Shown: positions 1 through 10,600 of the stretch, one piece after another | How the letters are laid out: each line of letters opens with the position of its first letter | Numbering within the stretch: the stretch's first letter is position 1 | The notes under the pieces: generated by a model | Told to the model about the DNA's origin: nothing | What the model saw: only the letters and a program-made list of their open reading frames with translations | Database searches by the model: none | Made by a program: the position numbers and the translations under genes | Assembly: GCA_002269645.1 (NCBI GenBank) | Contig: NIVC01002689.1 | Coordinates: 62,001 to 126,000 of the forward strand | DNA from: Macrostomum lignano | Taxonomy: Eukaryota | DNA length: 64,000 bases | Reading direction: 5' to 3'

Positions 1-296
1 CAGTTGCCTGTCACTTCCGTTTCTTTTTGTCCATCAGTTGTCTGTCACTTCCGTTTCTTTTTGTCCATCAGTTGCCTGTCACTTCCGTTTCTTTTTGTCC
101 ATCAGTTGCCTGTCACTTCCGTTTCTTTTTGTCCATCAGTTGCCTGTCACTTCCGTTTCTATTTGTCCATCAGTTGCCTGTCACTTCCGTTTCTATTTGT
201 CCATCAGTTGCCTGTCACTTTCGTCTCTCTTTGTCCATCAGTTGCCTGTCACTTTCGTCTCTCTTTGTCCATCAGTCGTCTGTCACTCCATCTCTA
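1..296. repeat. 34-bp minisatellite in the last EIF4A3 intron
   Basis: Unit CAGTTGCCTGTCACTTCCGTTTCTTTTTGTCCAT, about 8-9 copies visible; truncated by the window edge. Confidence 0.95.
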
Positions 297-350
297 GCCC
301 ATCGGCGTGCTAATTCCTCTCAATCCGAACCGCAACGCACCAACCCGCAG

Positions 351-692
351 GAGGCGAACTTCACAGTCTCCATGATGCACGGCGACATGCCGCAGAAGGA
401 GCGCGAAGCAATTATGAAAGACTTTCGCGCCACAGTTACCCGCCTGCTAATTACCACCGACGTGTGGGCTCGCGGCATCGATGTCAAGCAGGTGTCTCTG
501 GTCATTAATTACGATCTGCCTAATAATCGCGAGCTCTACATTCATCGAATTGGTCGATCTGGTCGATTCGGCCGCCGTGGAGTCGCTATTAGCTTTGTGA
601 AAACTGACGACATCAAAATTCTGCGAGATATTGAGCAGTACTACTCAACCCAGATTGACGAGATGCCAATGAACGTTGCCGATCTTATCTGA
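351..692 (+). CDS. EIF4A3: Terminal exon of eukaryotic initiation factor 4A-III (EJC DEAD-box helicase); gene begins upstream of the window
   Basis: Acceptor ccgcag|GAG at 350/351. Translates [19 protein letters not shown]...TDVWARG...[15 protein letters not shown]...[17 protein letters not shown] and [15 protein letters not shown] distinguish eIF4A3 from eIF4A1/2. AATAAA at 738-743. Confidence 0.96.
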   Translation, partial: EANFTVSMMHGDMPQKEREAIMKDFRATVTRLLITTDVWARGIDVKQVSLVINYDLPNNRELYIHRIGRSGRFGRRGVAISFVKTDDIKILRDIEQYYSTQIDEMPMNVADLI

Positions 693-737
693 ACGCACGA
701 GCCCGTGTCTCTGTGCGTGAACTTTGACCAACCAGCT

Positions 738-743
738 AATAAA
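738..743 (+). terminator. Polyadenylation signal of EIF4A3
   Basis: AATAAA 46 nt after the stop, followed by T-rich sequence. Confidence 0.55.
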
Positions 744-1682
744 ATCTTTTTAAATCTCGTTTTTTAACAGAAATTAAAGTGGACAAATTTCATTGCCGCA
801 ACGCACTACTTACACTGTTAGTAATAAAAGTAGTTTAATAAGTAGTAAAAGCATCTTTTTTGAGGCATTTTTAAAAAAAACGCGTGCGTTTTTACTAGGT
901 AGTTGGTTTGCGATAACTTATAGGCCTGTCATCGCGTTTTATTAACATTTTAACAACTATTCGTGTTAGTAAAGTTTTTGTTGAAGCCCTGTTGTATGTA
1001 CTGCTAATTATTAATTAATGATAATTTGACAAGTCCTGTCCGGCATATAGGTAACTTTTTGCATTCAAATGAACCGGTTCAATCTGCAGCAAATTGTCCG
1101 ACAGGCAAAACAATAAAACATGCTTGTGTTTGTCTGTGCTTACTGTAATTAAGTTTCTTTATCACTGTTTTTATGGTGCAACAAGTGTCTGGTTAATTTT
1201 ATTTATTTTGAGCAGTTTAGTAAGGATAGTATTGGAAAACTCATTGTTCAGGCAATTGACCAAAAACATTCACCACCACCTTCTATCCTTAAGAAGTAGC
1301 TTCCCTTTCTATCCTTAGATTCTATGCTTTCAAGTTTAAATTAGGATAAAAATAGTAATTTAAATAAATATAGACCTGTACAAAAGAAACATCCATCTTT
1401 TCCTTTGGCCAGAAGAACATATTATTGATACATATCGGTCGGCTTCTTCCTAAAAAACTTAGACATATTTTCGACGCTTTTTCTTTAAGTAAGTAAAACG
1501 TAGTTTCGATACATATCGGCTTTTTCTTTAAGTAGGTGAAATGTAGTTTGAAACTTTGTGAAACTTTTTTAATGCAAATGTGCAATTTTTATTAAGGGTA
1601 GCTAAACACGTATTCAATAAGTATGTGCGATTTTTCCTTAGTCTAGTTAAACATTTTCGATACATATCGGCCCACTGGCTAC

Positions 1683-4600
1683 ATGCAGACATCGCGTCGA
1701 GAAGAATTGATGCCGTCTTCTCCAGTATCTCCGGCCGCTGCTGCAGCAGCTGCTGATTCTTCAAGCGCCTGCGCTAGCAACGATGACGATACGTTGCATT
1801 ACTTCAGAAAACTGCTCAAAGAATGTCGAGTAGACGAAGACTACGACGAATATTTGGCCGACACTGGCCTCGGACAACAATCGCCGCTTCGGCCAGTGGC
1901 TGACAGTCTGTCCGGCCAGTTGATGAACAAACTCTGGTTGAGCGTGTCGCCTCAATTAGTTCCGCCGGAGATTGAGGAGCACAGAGCTACCAGACTGCCA
2001 TGGATTATCGCCGTGTCGCCGAACGGTCGACGATTAGCTTTGTTAAAACGTCGCCAATTAGAGCTGTATAGTTTAAAGAGAGGCCTAGATGAAGCTTTAG
2101 TTGTCATAGCAACGCCGCCAGATCAGTTTTGTCAATGGCGACTGATGAGCTGGTCGGCCGATTCCCAATGCATTGCCGTTGCTAATAGCAACGGTGGCGT
2201 CCTTGTGTTTAACATTCGAGGACAGAAATTATGCGAACTGGCGCCTGAACAGGTGAGGGGATTTCTACAGGCTTTTCTAAATTGAGACTTAATCAGATGC
2301 GGAGTTGGAATTCCAGGATTCTATGATAAAGCCGTCCGTATGATGTTGAGTTGGGAGTCTTGGAATGCTGAGTTGTAGTCTTGGGATGCTGAGTTGTAGT
2401 CTTGGGATGCTGAGTTGTAGTCTTGGGATGCTGAGTTGGGAGTCTTAGGATGCTGAGATGGGAGTCTTGGGATGCTGAGTTGTAAGTCTTGGGATGCTGA
2501 GTTGGAATTCCAAGATTCTATTATGGAGCCGTATGATGCTGAGTTGGGAGTCCTGAGTTGCTGAGATGGAGTCTTAGAAAGCTGATCTGATTAGTCGTGG
2601 GATTCTTAGTTTGAAATTTCTGGATTCTGAGTTTCAAGTGTTGTTATTCCTAAATTGAAATTGTTCGATTGTAATACACTACTCGTAACTATTCATTTGG
2701 TACCCCGCCCGCGCAGGTGACCGACAATCCGTCGGGCTGTCCTCTGGCCTTCTTAATGCTAGAATCTGGCGGCGGCGGAGACGGCGGCTCTACCAGCGGC
2801 GGAGTGATTGTACTTTTCACAGTGTCCATATCCGGCATGTTAAAGCAGTTTCTATTGGATCTGCAACAGCCGCAGCAGCAGCAGCAACAACAGCAACAGT
2901 TTCCTCAAACTGAACCGCCGCAGTGTTTAAGCGCTTATAATATACGCGACCGAGTTGCTGGCCAACCGGTGTTTTGCGGCTGCTACGATTCTGTGTCAGG
3001 CACTCTGGCTCTTGGCACTTGTACTATGCGGCATAGTCCTACCCTGTCTGCTCCGCTGCAGCACGGTATTCAGTTGTGGCGTAGGATCAGCGAGTTTCCA
3101 TTTATTAAGGTGATATAGCGAATTGAATGTAAAATTTAATCAATTGGCTAATGCCTGTGCACATTGTGCTCTAGATGTTGATTAGTTAGGGACTGTGTAC
3201 ATTGTAGGGTAGAGGTTGGTTAGGGACTGTGTACATTGTAGGGTGGAGGTTGGTTAGGGACTGTGTACATTGTAGGGTAGAGTTTGGTTAGGGACTGTGT
3301 ACATTGTAGGGTGGAGGTTGGTTAGGGACTGTGTACATTGTAGTGTGGAGGTTGGTTAGGGACTGTGTACATTGTAGGGTAGAGGTTGGTTAGGGACTGT
3401 GTACATTGTAGGGTAGAGTTTGGTTAGGGACTGTGTACATTGTAGGGTGGAGGTTGGTTAGGGACTGTGTACATTGTAGGGTGGAGGTTGGTTAGGGACT
3501 GTGTACATTGTAGGGTAGAGTTTGGTTAGGGACTGTGTACATTGTAGGGTGGAGGTTGGTTAGGGACTGTGTACATTGTAGGGTAGAGGTTGGTTAGGGA
3601 CTGTGTACGTTGAAGGGTAGAGGTTGGTTAGGGACTGTGTGCATTGAAGGGTAGAGGTTGGTTAGGGACTGTACATTGTGGGTAAAGGTTGGTTAGGGAC
3701 TGTACATTGTGGGTAAAGGTTGGTTAGGGACTGTACATTGTGGGTAAAGGTTGGTTAGGGACTGTACATTGTGGGTAAAGGTTGGTTAGGGACTGTACAT
3801 TGTGGGGTAGAGGTTATTGGTTAGGTACTGTAAATTGTGGGGTAGAGGTTTGTTACGCTGTGTACATTCTAGGGTTGTTGTTTAAGTACTATGTACATTC
3901 TATGTGGGAGCCCTAAGCCGCGGCAAAAAACCAAAAGCACCTGGAATATTTATTTAATTGCTTAATTATAACTATCATTTCGCAGGCCTCCCTAGCCCTA
4001 GAGGAGGACATGATTGAGCTTGGCCGATCCCGCCGTTTACTAGCCTCTGTACTATTGCGCAATCGCAGTCGAACCGATTGCGTCACCTCTATGGCCCTAT
4101 CGCCAGACGGTTTCAAATTAGCCGCTAGTTACGCCTACGGCTGCGTGTCTGTTTGGACATTTCCGGCTGGGAATTTGATAGCAACATTTTCCCTAGCCGA
4201 ACAGTGCCTGTCGAGTGTTCGGAGTCCGCATCTGTCTCGCACCAGAGTGCTTGGCGTGCCCAGGCGGTTGTATCCGGGCAAGCCCGGCGACCGGCCCTCC
4301 GGAGTTGAATGGTGGTCAGAGGCTGTGCTAATTATTGTCCGAACTAACGGCTCGGTCAGCCTGTTGGACGCGGCCACCTGTCAATCAATAATGGGATCTT
4401 CGCCTGAATGGTTCGAGCCGTATCCGGCGGTGACGCCGCCGCAGGCTGGCCAGTTTCTCATATTGGAATGCGAAGTCAGAAAGCGGCGAGCGAGGCGACG
4501 AAGATTGACGTCGGGTGGACAGGTGAGTGTCTGTCTTTTTGGTGGGGGTATTTATACGTTTTGAGAATTCACATTGATTGTATAAGAGAAGTTGAGAGAG

Positions 4601-7600
4601 TGACGAAATGAGAAACTGATAAGATTAGCGAATGATTAGAGTGATAAGATCCGACAGTGATTAAGGTCAAAGAGTGATAAGGTCAGAGAGTGATCAGGTC
4701 AGAGAGTGATCAGGTCAGAGAGTGATCAGGTCAGAGAGTGATCAGGTTAGAGAGTGATAAGGTCAGAGAGTGATCAGGTTAGAGAGTGATAAGGTCAGAG
4801 AGTGATCAGGTTAGAGAGTGATCAGGTCAGAGAGTGATCAGGTCAGAGAGTGATCAGGTCAGAGAGTGATCAGGTTAGAGAGTGATAAGGTCAGAGAGTG
4901 ATCAGGTTAGAGAGTGATAAGGTCAGAGAGTGATAAGGTTAGAGAGTGATAAGGTCAGAGAGTGATCAAGTCAGATAGTGATCAGGTCAGAGAGTGATCA
5001 GGTCAGAGAGTGATCAGGTTAGAGAGTGATCAGGTCAGAGAGTGATCAGGTCAGAGAGTGATCAGGTTAGAGAGTGATAAGGTCAGAGAGTGATCAGGTC
5101 AGAGAGTGATCAGGTCAAAGAGTGATCAGGTTAGAGAGTGATAAGGCCAGAGAGTGATGGTCAGAGAGTGATCAGGTCAGAGAGTGATCAGGTTAGATAG
5201 TGATCAGGTCAGAGAGTGATCAGGTCAGAGAGTGATCAGGTTAGAGAGTGATCAGGTTAGATAGTGATCAGGTCAGAGAGTGATCAGGTCAGAGAGTGAT
5301 CAGGTTAGAGAGTGATAAGGTCAGAGAGTGATAAGGTCAGAGAGTGATAAGGTCAGAGAGTGATCAGGTCAGAGAGTGATCAGGTCAGAGAGTGATCAGG
5401 TTAGAGAGTGATAAGGCCAGAGAGTGATCAGGTCAGAGAGTGATCAGGTCAGAGAGTGATCAGGTCAGAGAGTGATCAGGTCAGAGTGATCAGGTCAGAG
5501 AGTGATAATGTCAGAGAGTGATAATGTCAGAGAGTGATCAGGTCAGAAAGTGATAATGTCAGAGAGTGATCAGGTCAGAAAGTGATCAGGTCAGAGAGTG
5601 ATCAGGTCAGAGAGTGATAATGTCAGAGAGTGATCAGGTCAGAGAGTGATCAGGTCAGAGAGTGATCAGGTCAGAAAGTGATAAGGTCAGAGAGTGATCA
5701 GATCAGAAAGTGATCAGGTCAGAGAGTGATAAGGTCAGAGAGTGATAAGGTCAGCGAGTGATAGGGTCAGACTAATAAGATCCGAGTGATCAGGTCAGAG
5801 AGTGATCAGGTTAGAGAGTGATCAGGTCAGAGAGTGATCAGGTCAGAGAGTGATCAGGTCAGAAAGTGATAAGGTCAGAGAGTGATCAGGTCAGAGAGTG
5901 ATCAGGTTAGAGAGTGATCAGGTCAGAGAGTGATAAGGTCAGAAAGTGATCAGGTCAGAAAGTGATCAGGTCAGAAAGTGATAAGGTCAGAGAGTGATAA
6001 GGTCAGAGAGTGATAAGGTCAGAGAGTGATAAGGTCAGCGAGTGATAGGGTCAGACTAATAAGATCCGAGTGATAGGTCAGAGAGTGATCAGGTCAGAGA
6101 GTGATCAGGTTAGAGAGTGATAAGGTCAGAGAGTGATCAGGTCAGCGAGTGATAAGGTTAGAGAGTGATAAGGTCAGAGAGTGATCAGGTTAGAGAGTGA
6201 TAAGGTCAGAGAGTGATCAGGTCAGCGAGTGATAAGGTCAGAGAGTGATAAGGTCAGAGAGTGATCAGATCAGAGAGTGATAAGGTCAGAGAGTGATAAG
6301 GTCAGAGAGTAATCAGATCAGAGAGTGATAAGGTCAGAGAGTGATAAGGTCAGAGAGTAAGCAGGTTAGAGAGTGATCAAGTTAGAGAGTGATCAAGTTA
6401 GAGAGTGATCAGGTTAGAGAGTGATAAGGTCAGAGAGTGATCAGGTCAGCGAGTGATAAGGTCAGAGAGTGATCAAGTCAGAGAGTGATCAGGTCAGAGA
6501 GTGATCAGGTCAGAGAGTGATAAGGTCAGAGAGTGATAAGGTCAGAGAGTGATAGGGTCCGGGAGTGATAAACTCAGGGAGTGATCAGGTCATGGAGTGA
6601 CTAAATCTGTGTGACCAGATTCAGAACACCCAAAGCTTGAATATAACAAGATTGTAGTGGCCAGATTAAGTAAAATATATAATTAGACTTAGTCAATCCT
6701 ATCGACAAATCCAGACTGACTCCGCCGACGATCGACAAGCCGACGATGCCGCCGACTACGATGACGATGACGACGACGATGAGCGAGACGAAGAAGGCAG
6801 AGACGGCGGCCTTGTCGGTTCGGCTAGCCGGGCGGCTTACCGAGCGGCTCACGGGTTGCTATGGGCAACCGGAGTGGGCTTGAAGCGCCTATTCACCGTT
6901 GACGGAGGCGGCGGCGGCGGCGACAACGGCGATTTCGACAGCCCGTCGTCGTCGAAGCGCAGTCGGTACACGGCGTCGAGAGACTATCGAATCGTGTGCT
7001 TTAAACGGACCTCACCCGCCGAGCTGTTCCAGTGGAAACTGGACTCGGACGAATACGGAGAAGCCCTGTTGCTAGCCAGAAACTACGGCTTGGATACCGA
7101 TTTAGTGTATCAGCGGCAGTGGCAAATGTCTCTGATGACTCGGTCGGCTATTGACGATTTTCTAGTTCGGATTAACAAGCGGCACTGGGTGCTGCACGAG
7201 TGCCTGCATCGGGTGCCGAAAGATTTGGACTCGGCTAGGGATCTGTTAGAGTTCGGCCTGAGGGCTACTGATGTCGACTGCTTCACGGCTATTGGCGAGG
7301 GCGAGGATCAGGGCCGGCTAGTGCTCACGGATGCCAATATCTATGCTGAGATGAACTATACTGGGGAGAGGCTGACTGCTCAGGAGGAGCGCGACAGATT
7401 GAAGCGAAATGAAGAGGTGATTTGGATTGTCGGGAGAGCTATTTTTCACTGCCTTTTTAGGTCATTCGGGTGTTTTTAGGCCGCTTTGTACCTCCCTGAT
7501 CCTTCAGTTGGTTGCCACTTTGCCCCTTCCCACCCTCTTTGATCCTTCAGTTGGTTGCCACTTTGCCCCTTCCCACCCTCTTTGATCCTTCAGTTGGTTG

Positions 7601-10600
7601 CCACTTTGCCCCTTCCCACCCTCTTTGATCCTTCAGTTGGTTGCCACTTTGCCCCTTCCCACCCTCCCTGATCCTTCAGTTGGTTGCCACTTTGCCCCTT
7701 CCCACCCTCCCTGATCCTTCAGTTGGTTGCCACTTTGCCCCTTCCCACCCTCCCTGATCCTTCAGTTGGTTGCCACTTTGCCCCTTCCCACCCTCCCTGA
7801 TCCTTCAGTTGGTTGCCACTTTGCCCCTTCCCACCCTCCCTGATCCTTCAGTTGGTTGCCACTTTGCCCCTTCCCACCCTCCCTGATCCTTCAGTTGGTT
7901 GCCACTTTGCGCTCCATCCCGACCCTCCCCGATCCTTTAGTTGGTTGCTACTTTGCCCCTTCCCACCCTCCCTGATCCTTCAGTTGGTTGCCACTTTGCC
8001 CCTTCCCACCCTCCCCGATCCTTCAGTTGGTTGCCACTTTGCCCCTTCCCACCCTCTTTGATCCTTCAGTTGGTTGCCACTTTGCCCCTTCCCACCCTCC
8101 CTGATCCTTCAGTTGGTTGCCACTTTGCCCCTTCCCACCCTCCCTGATCCTTCAGTTGGTTGCCACTTTGCCCCTTCCCACCCTCCCTGATCCTTCAGTT
8201 GGTTGCCACTTTGCCCCTTCCCACCCTCCCTGATCCTTCAGTTGGTTGCCACTTTGCGCTCCATCCCGACCCTCCCCGATCCTTTAGTTGGTTGCCACTT
8301 TGCCCCTTCCCACCCTCCCTGATCCTTCAGTTGGTTGCCACTTTGCCCCTTCCCACCCTCCCCGATCCTTTAGTTGGTTGCCACTTTGCCCCTTCCTACC
8401 CTCCCCGATCCTTCAGTTGTTTGTCACTGTGCCCTTCAACACCCTCCCTCATCCTTCAGTTGTTTGTCACTGTGCCCTTCAGCACCCTCCCTCATCCTTC
8501 AGTTGTTTGTCACTGTGCCCTTCAACACCCTCCCTCATCCTTCAGTTGTTTGTCACTGTGCCCTTCAGCACCCTCTCTCATCCTTCAGTTGGTTGCCACT
8601 TTGCGCTCCACCCCAACCCTCCCTGATCCTTCAGTTGGTTGTCGCTGTGCCCCTCCACACCCTCCCTGATCCTTCAGTTGGTTGTCGCTGTGCCCCTCCA
8701 CACCCTCCCTCATCCTTCACTTTGCTCCTCCACCCCAACCCTCCCTGATCCCTCAGTTGGTTGCCGCTGTGCCACCTTACCTGAACACCAACCTGACAAT
8801 TCCCAATCCGCAGGAATACCGTTCTAATCGTTTGGCCAATTTAGATTGGCAAAAATTGCGACCGGAACAGCGAGAACTGATGCGCACTAGAAGGCAACTG
8901 TTGGCCCACCTGCATAGATTGGACTGTTATGAACAGGTATAGAATTTTTTGTTTGAACAAATAGTATATAATAACTCGAAGTTACATATACTTGTGCCCC
9001 AAAGAGGGCCGTTTTAGTTTCAATTGCGAAATAATTTAAATGGCTATGTTAATAACAATCGATTTCGCCTGCCCTGATTGGGCCTGATGTGCTAATGACA
9101 GCTCAGTCGCAGCTATTGCGCGGCGCATCTGAAGGCTGCATTCGGCTGTTCAGTCCAAAGACTGGGGGGGGGGGTCGCCACACACCCTCAATTACCCCAG
9201 CTAATGTTGGCATTCATTTTACAGCTGGGTGAACTGAAGCAATGCAGAGTTAAGTGTCTTGCTCAAGGACACCAATTGTCCCAGTGGGATCGGGAATCGA
9301 ACCCCCGATCTTCAAGTCTTGAGTCCGACACGATAACTACTTTGCTACAAGTACATGCAATACATTACTGAATAGTGCGGCCTTATGGTGGCCCCGAAAA
9401 GGGCCGTTTTTCTCTTTAATACGAATTCTTATTTTTCCAGCCCGATTTTTCACTCGCAGGTACTCGGCGGTCGACACAGAGCTCCCGAACGGTACACTGC
9501 CGAAGAATTCGCCGATTTTCGTTGGCAAACTCCTCTAGGCTTAGCCGTATCCTACGCCCGGCTTGGCAACTACGACGCCGTTGATCACGTGATTAGTCAC
9601 TATACGGACGAGTTGCTGCCACATCGGCTATTAATATTAAGCAACGCAGCCGAATGCGACAGTCCTAGGCAGTACGAGTTTCTACTGCCTAGCGCCGGGC
9701 GTCGACTGCATGATTCCGATCTGTTGGATTGGCCTCGAAGAGTGACGTCATCGGCTCTGGCCGACTGGGCTTGGCGCGATCAGGCCGTGCTTGCCGTGCC
9801 GGCGTCTCCGCCCACTGATGAAGCCGCTGCCGAGATGGCGTCGCTCTACGCTGAGGCTCCGGAATCGGCGGCCGCTGCCAATCCGCTGACTTCTGCTCAG
9901 GTTGCCGCTTGGCTTGCCGACAGAGCTAGGTTTATCGAGGCTGAGTCGCTGCAGGTATGTGTGCTATGAATAGTACTCATTTTAAAACTATTATATGATC
10001 AGTAATAGAAGTACTTATAATCGATAATAGGTGTGTCATTGATCAATTATAGGAGTCTATATGATCAATATTAGGAGTGTCTCTATGATCAACAATAGGA
10101 GTGTCTCTATGATCAACAATAGGAGTGTCTTTATGATCAACAATAGGAGTGTCTCTATGATCAACAATAAGAGTGTCTCTATGATCAATAATAGGAGTGT
10201 CTCTATGATTAATAATAAGAGTGTCTCTATGATCAATAATAGGAGTGTCTCTATGATCAATAATAAGAGTGTCTCTATGATCAATAATAGGAGTGTCTCT
10301 ATGATCAATAATAGGAGTGTTTCTATGATCAACAATTGGAGTGTCTCTATAATAAAAAATAATGGAAGTGTCTCTATGATCAATCTCTTTGATCCATAAT
10401 CAACCAAGCAACCATACGGTACGACGCGGAGTATATTTAATATCACTAACAATGCAACTTCCAACGCAAGGCAATATAAACAACTTGATGATTCGCAGAA
10501 CAATACCGAAAAAAACTACCAGAAAAGAAAACAGGAAAAATCAAGCCCGACAGAGACGCAACAGTCACAGTGGAAAAATATCGTGCTCCACATCCTTCGG

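Noticed and set aside
1094-1764. Short AT-rich ORFs between EIF4A3 and NBAS (and similar ones at 24756, 58367, 59604, 61294)
   Set aside because: No recognisable motifs, low-complexity AT-driven composition, and no splice partners.
3185-3860. Interstitial telomere
   Set aside because: TTAGGG occurs once per 34-bp unit, never as tandem hexamers.
9285-9350. Possible tRNA gene (A and B boxes on the minus strand)
   Set aside because: No convincing cloverleaf, and it runs directly into a CORE-like domain; better explained as a SINE head.
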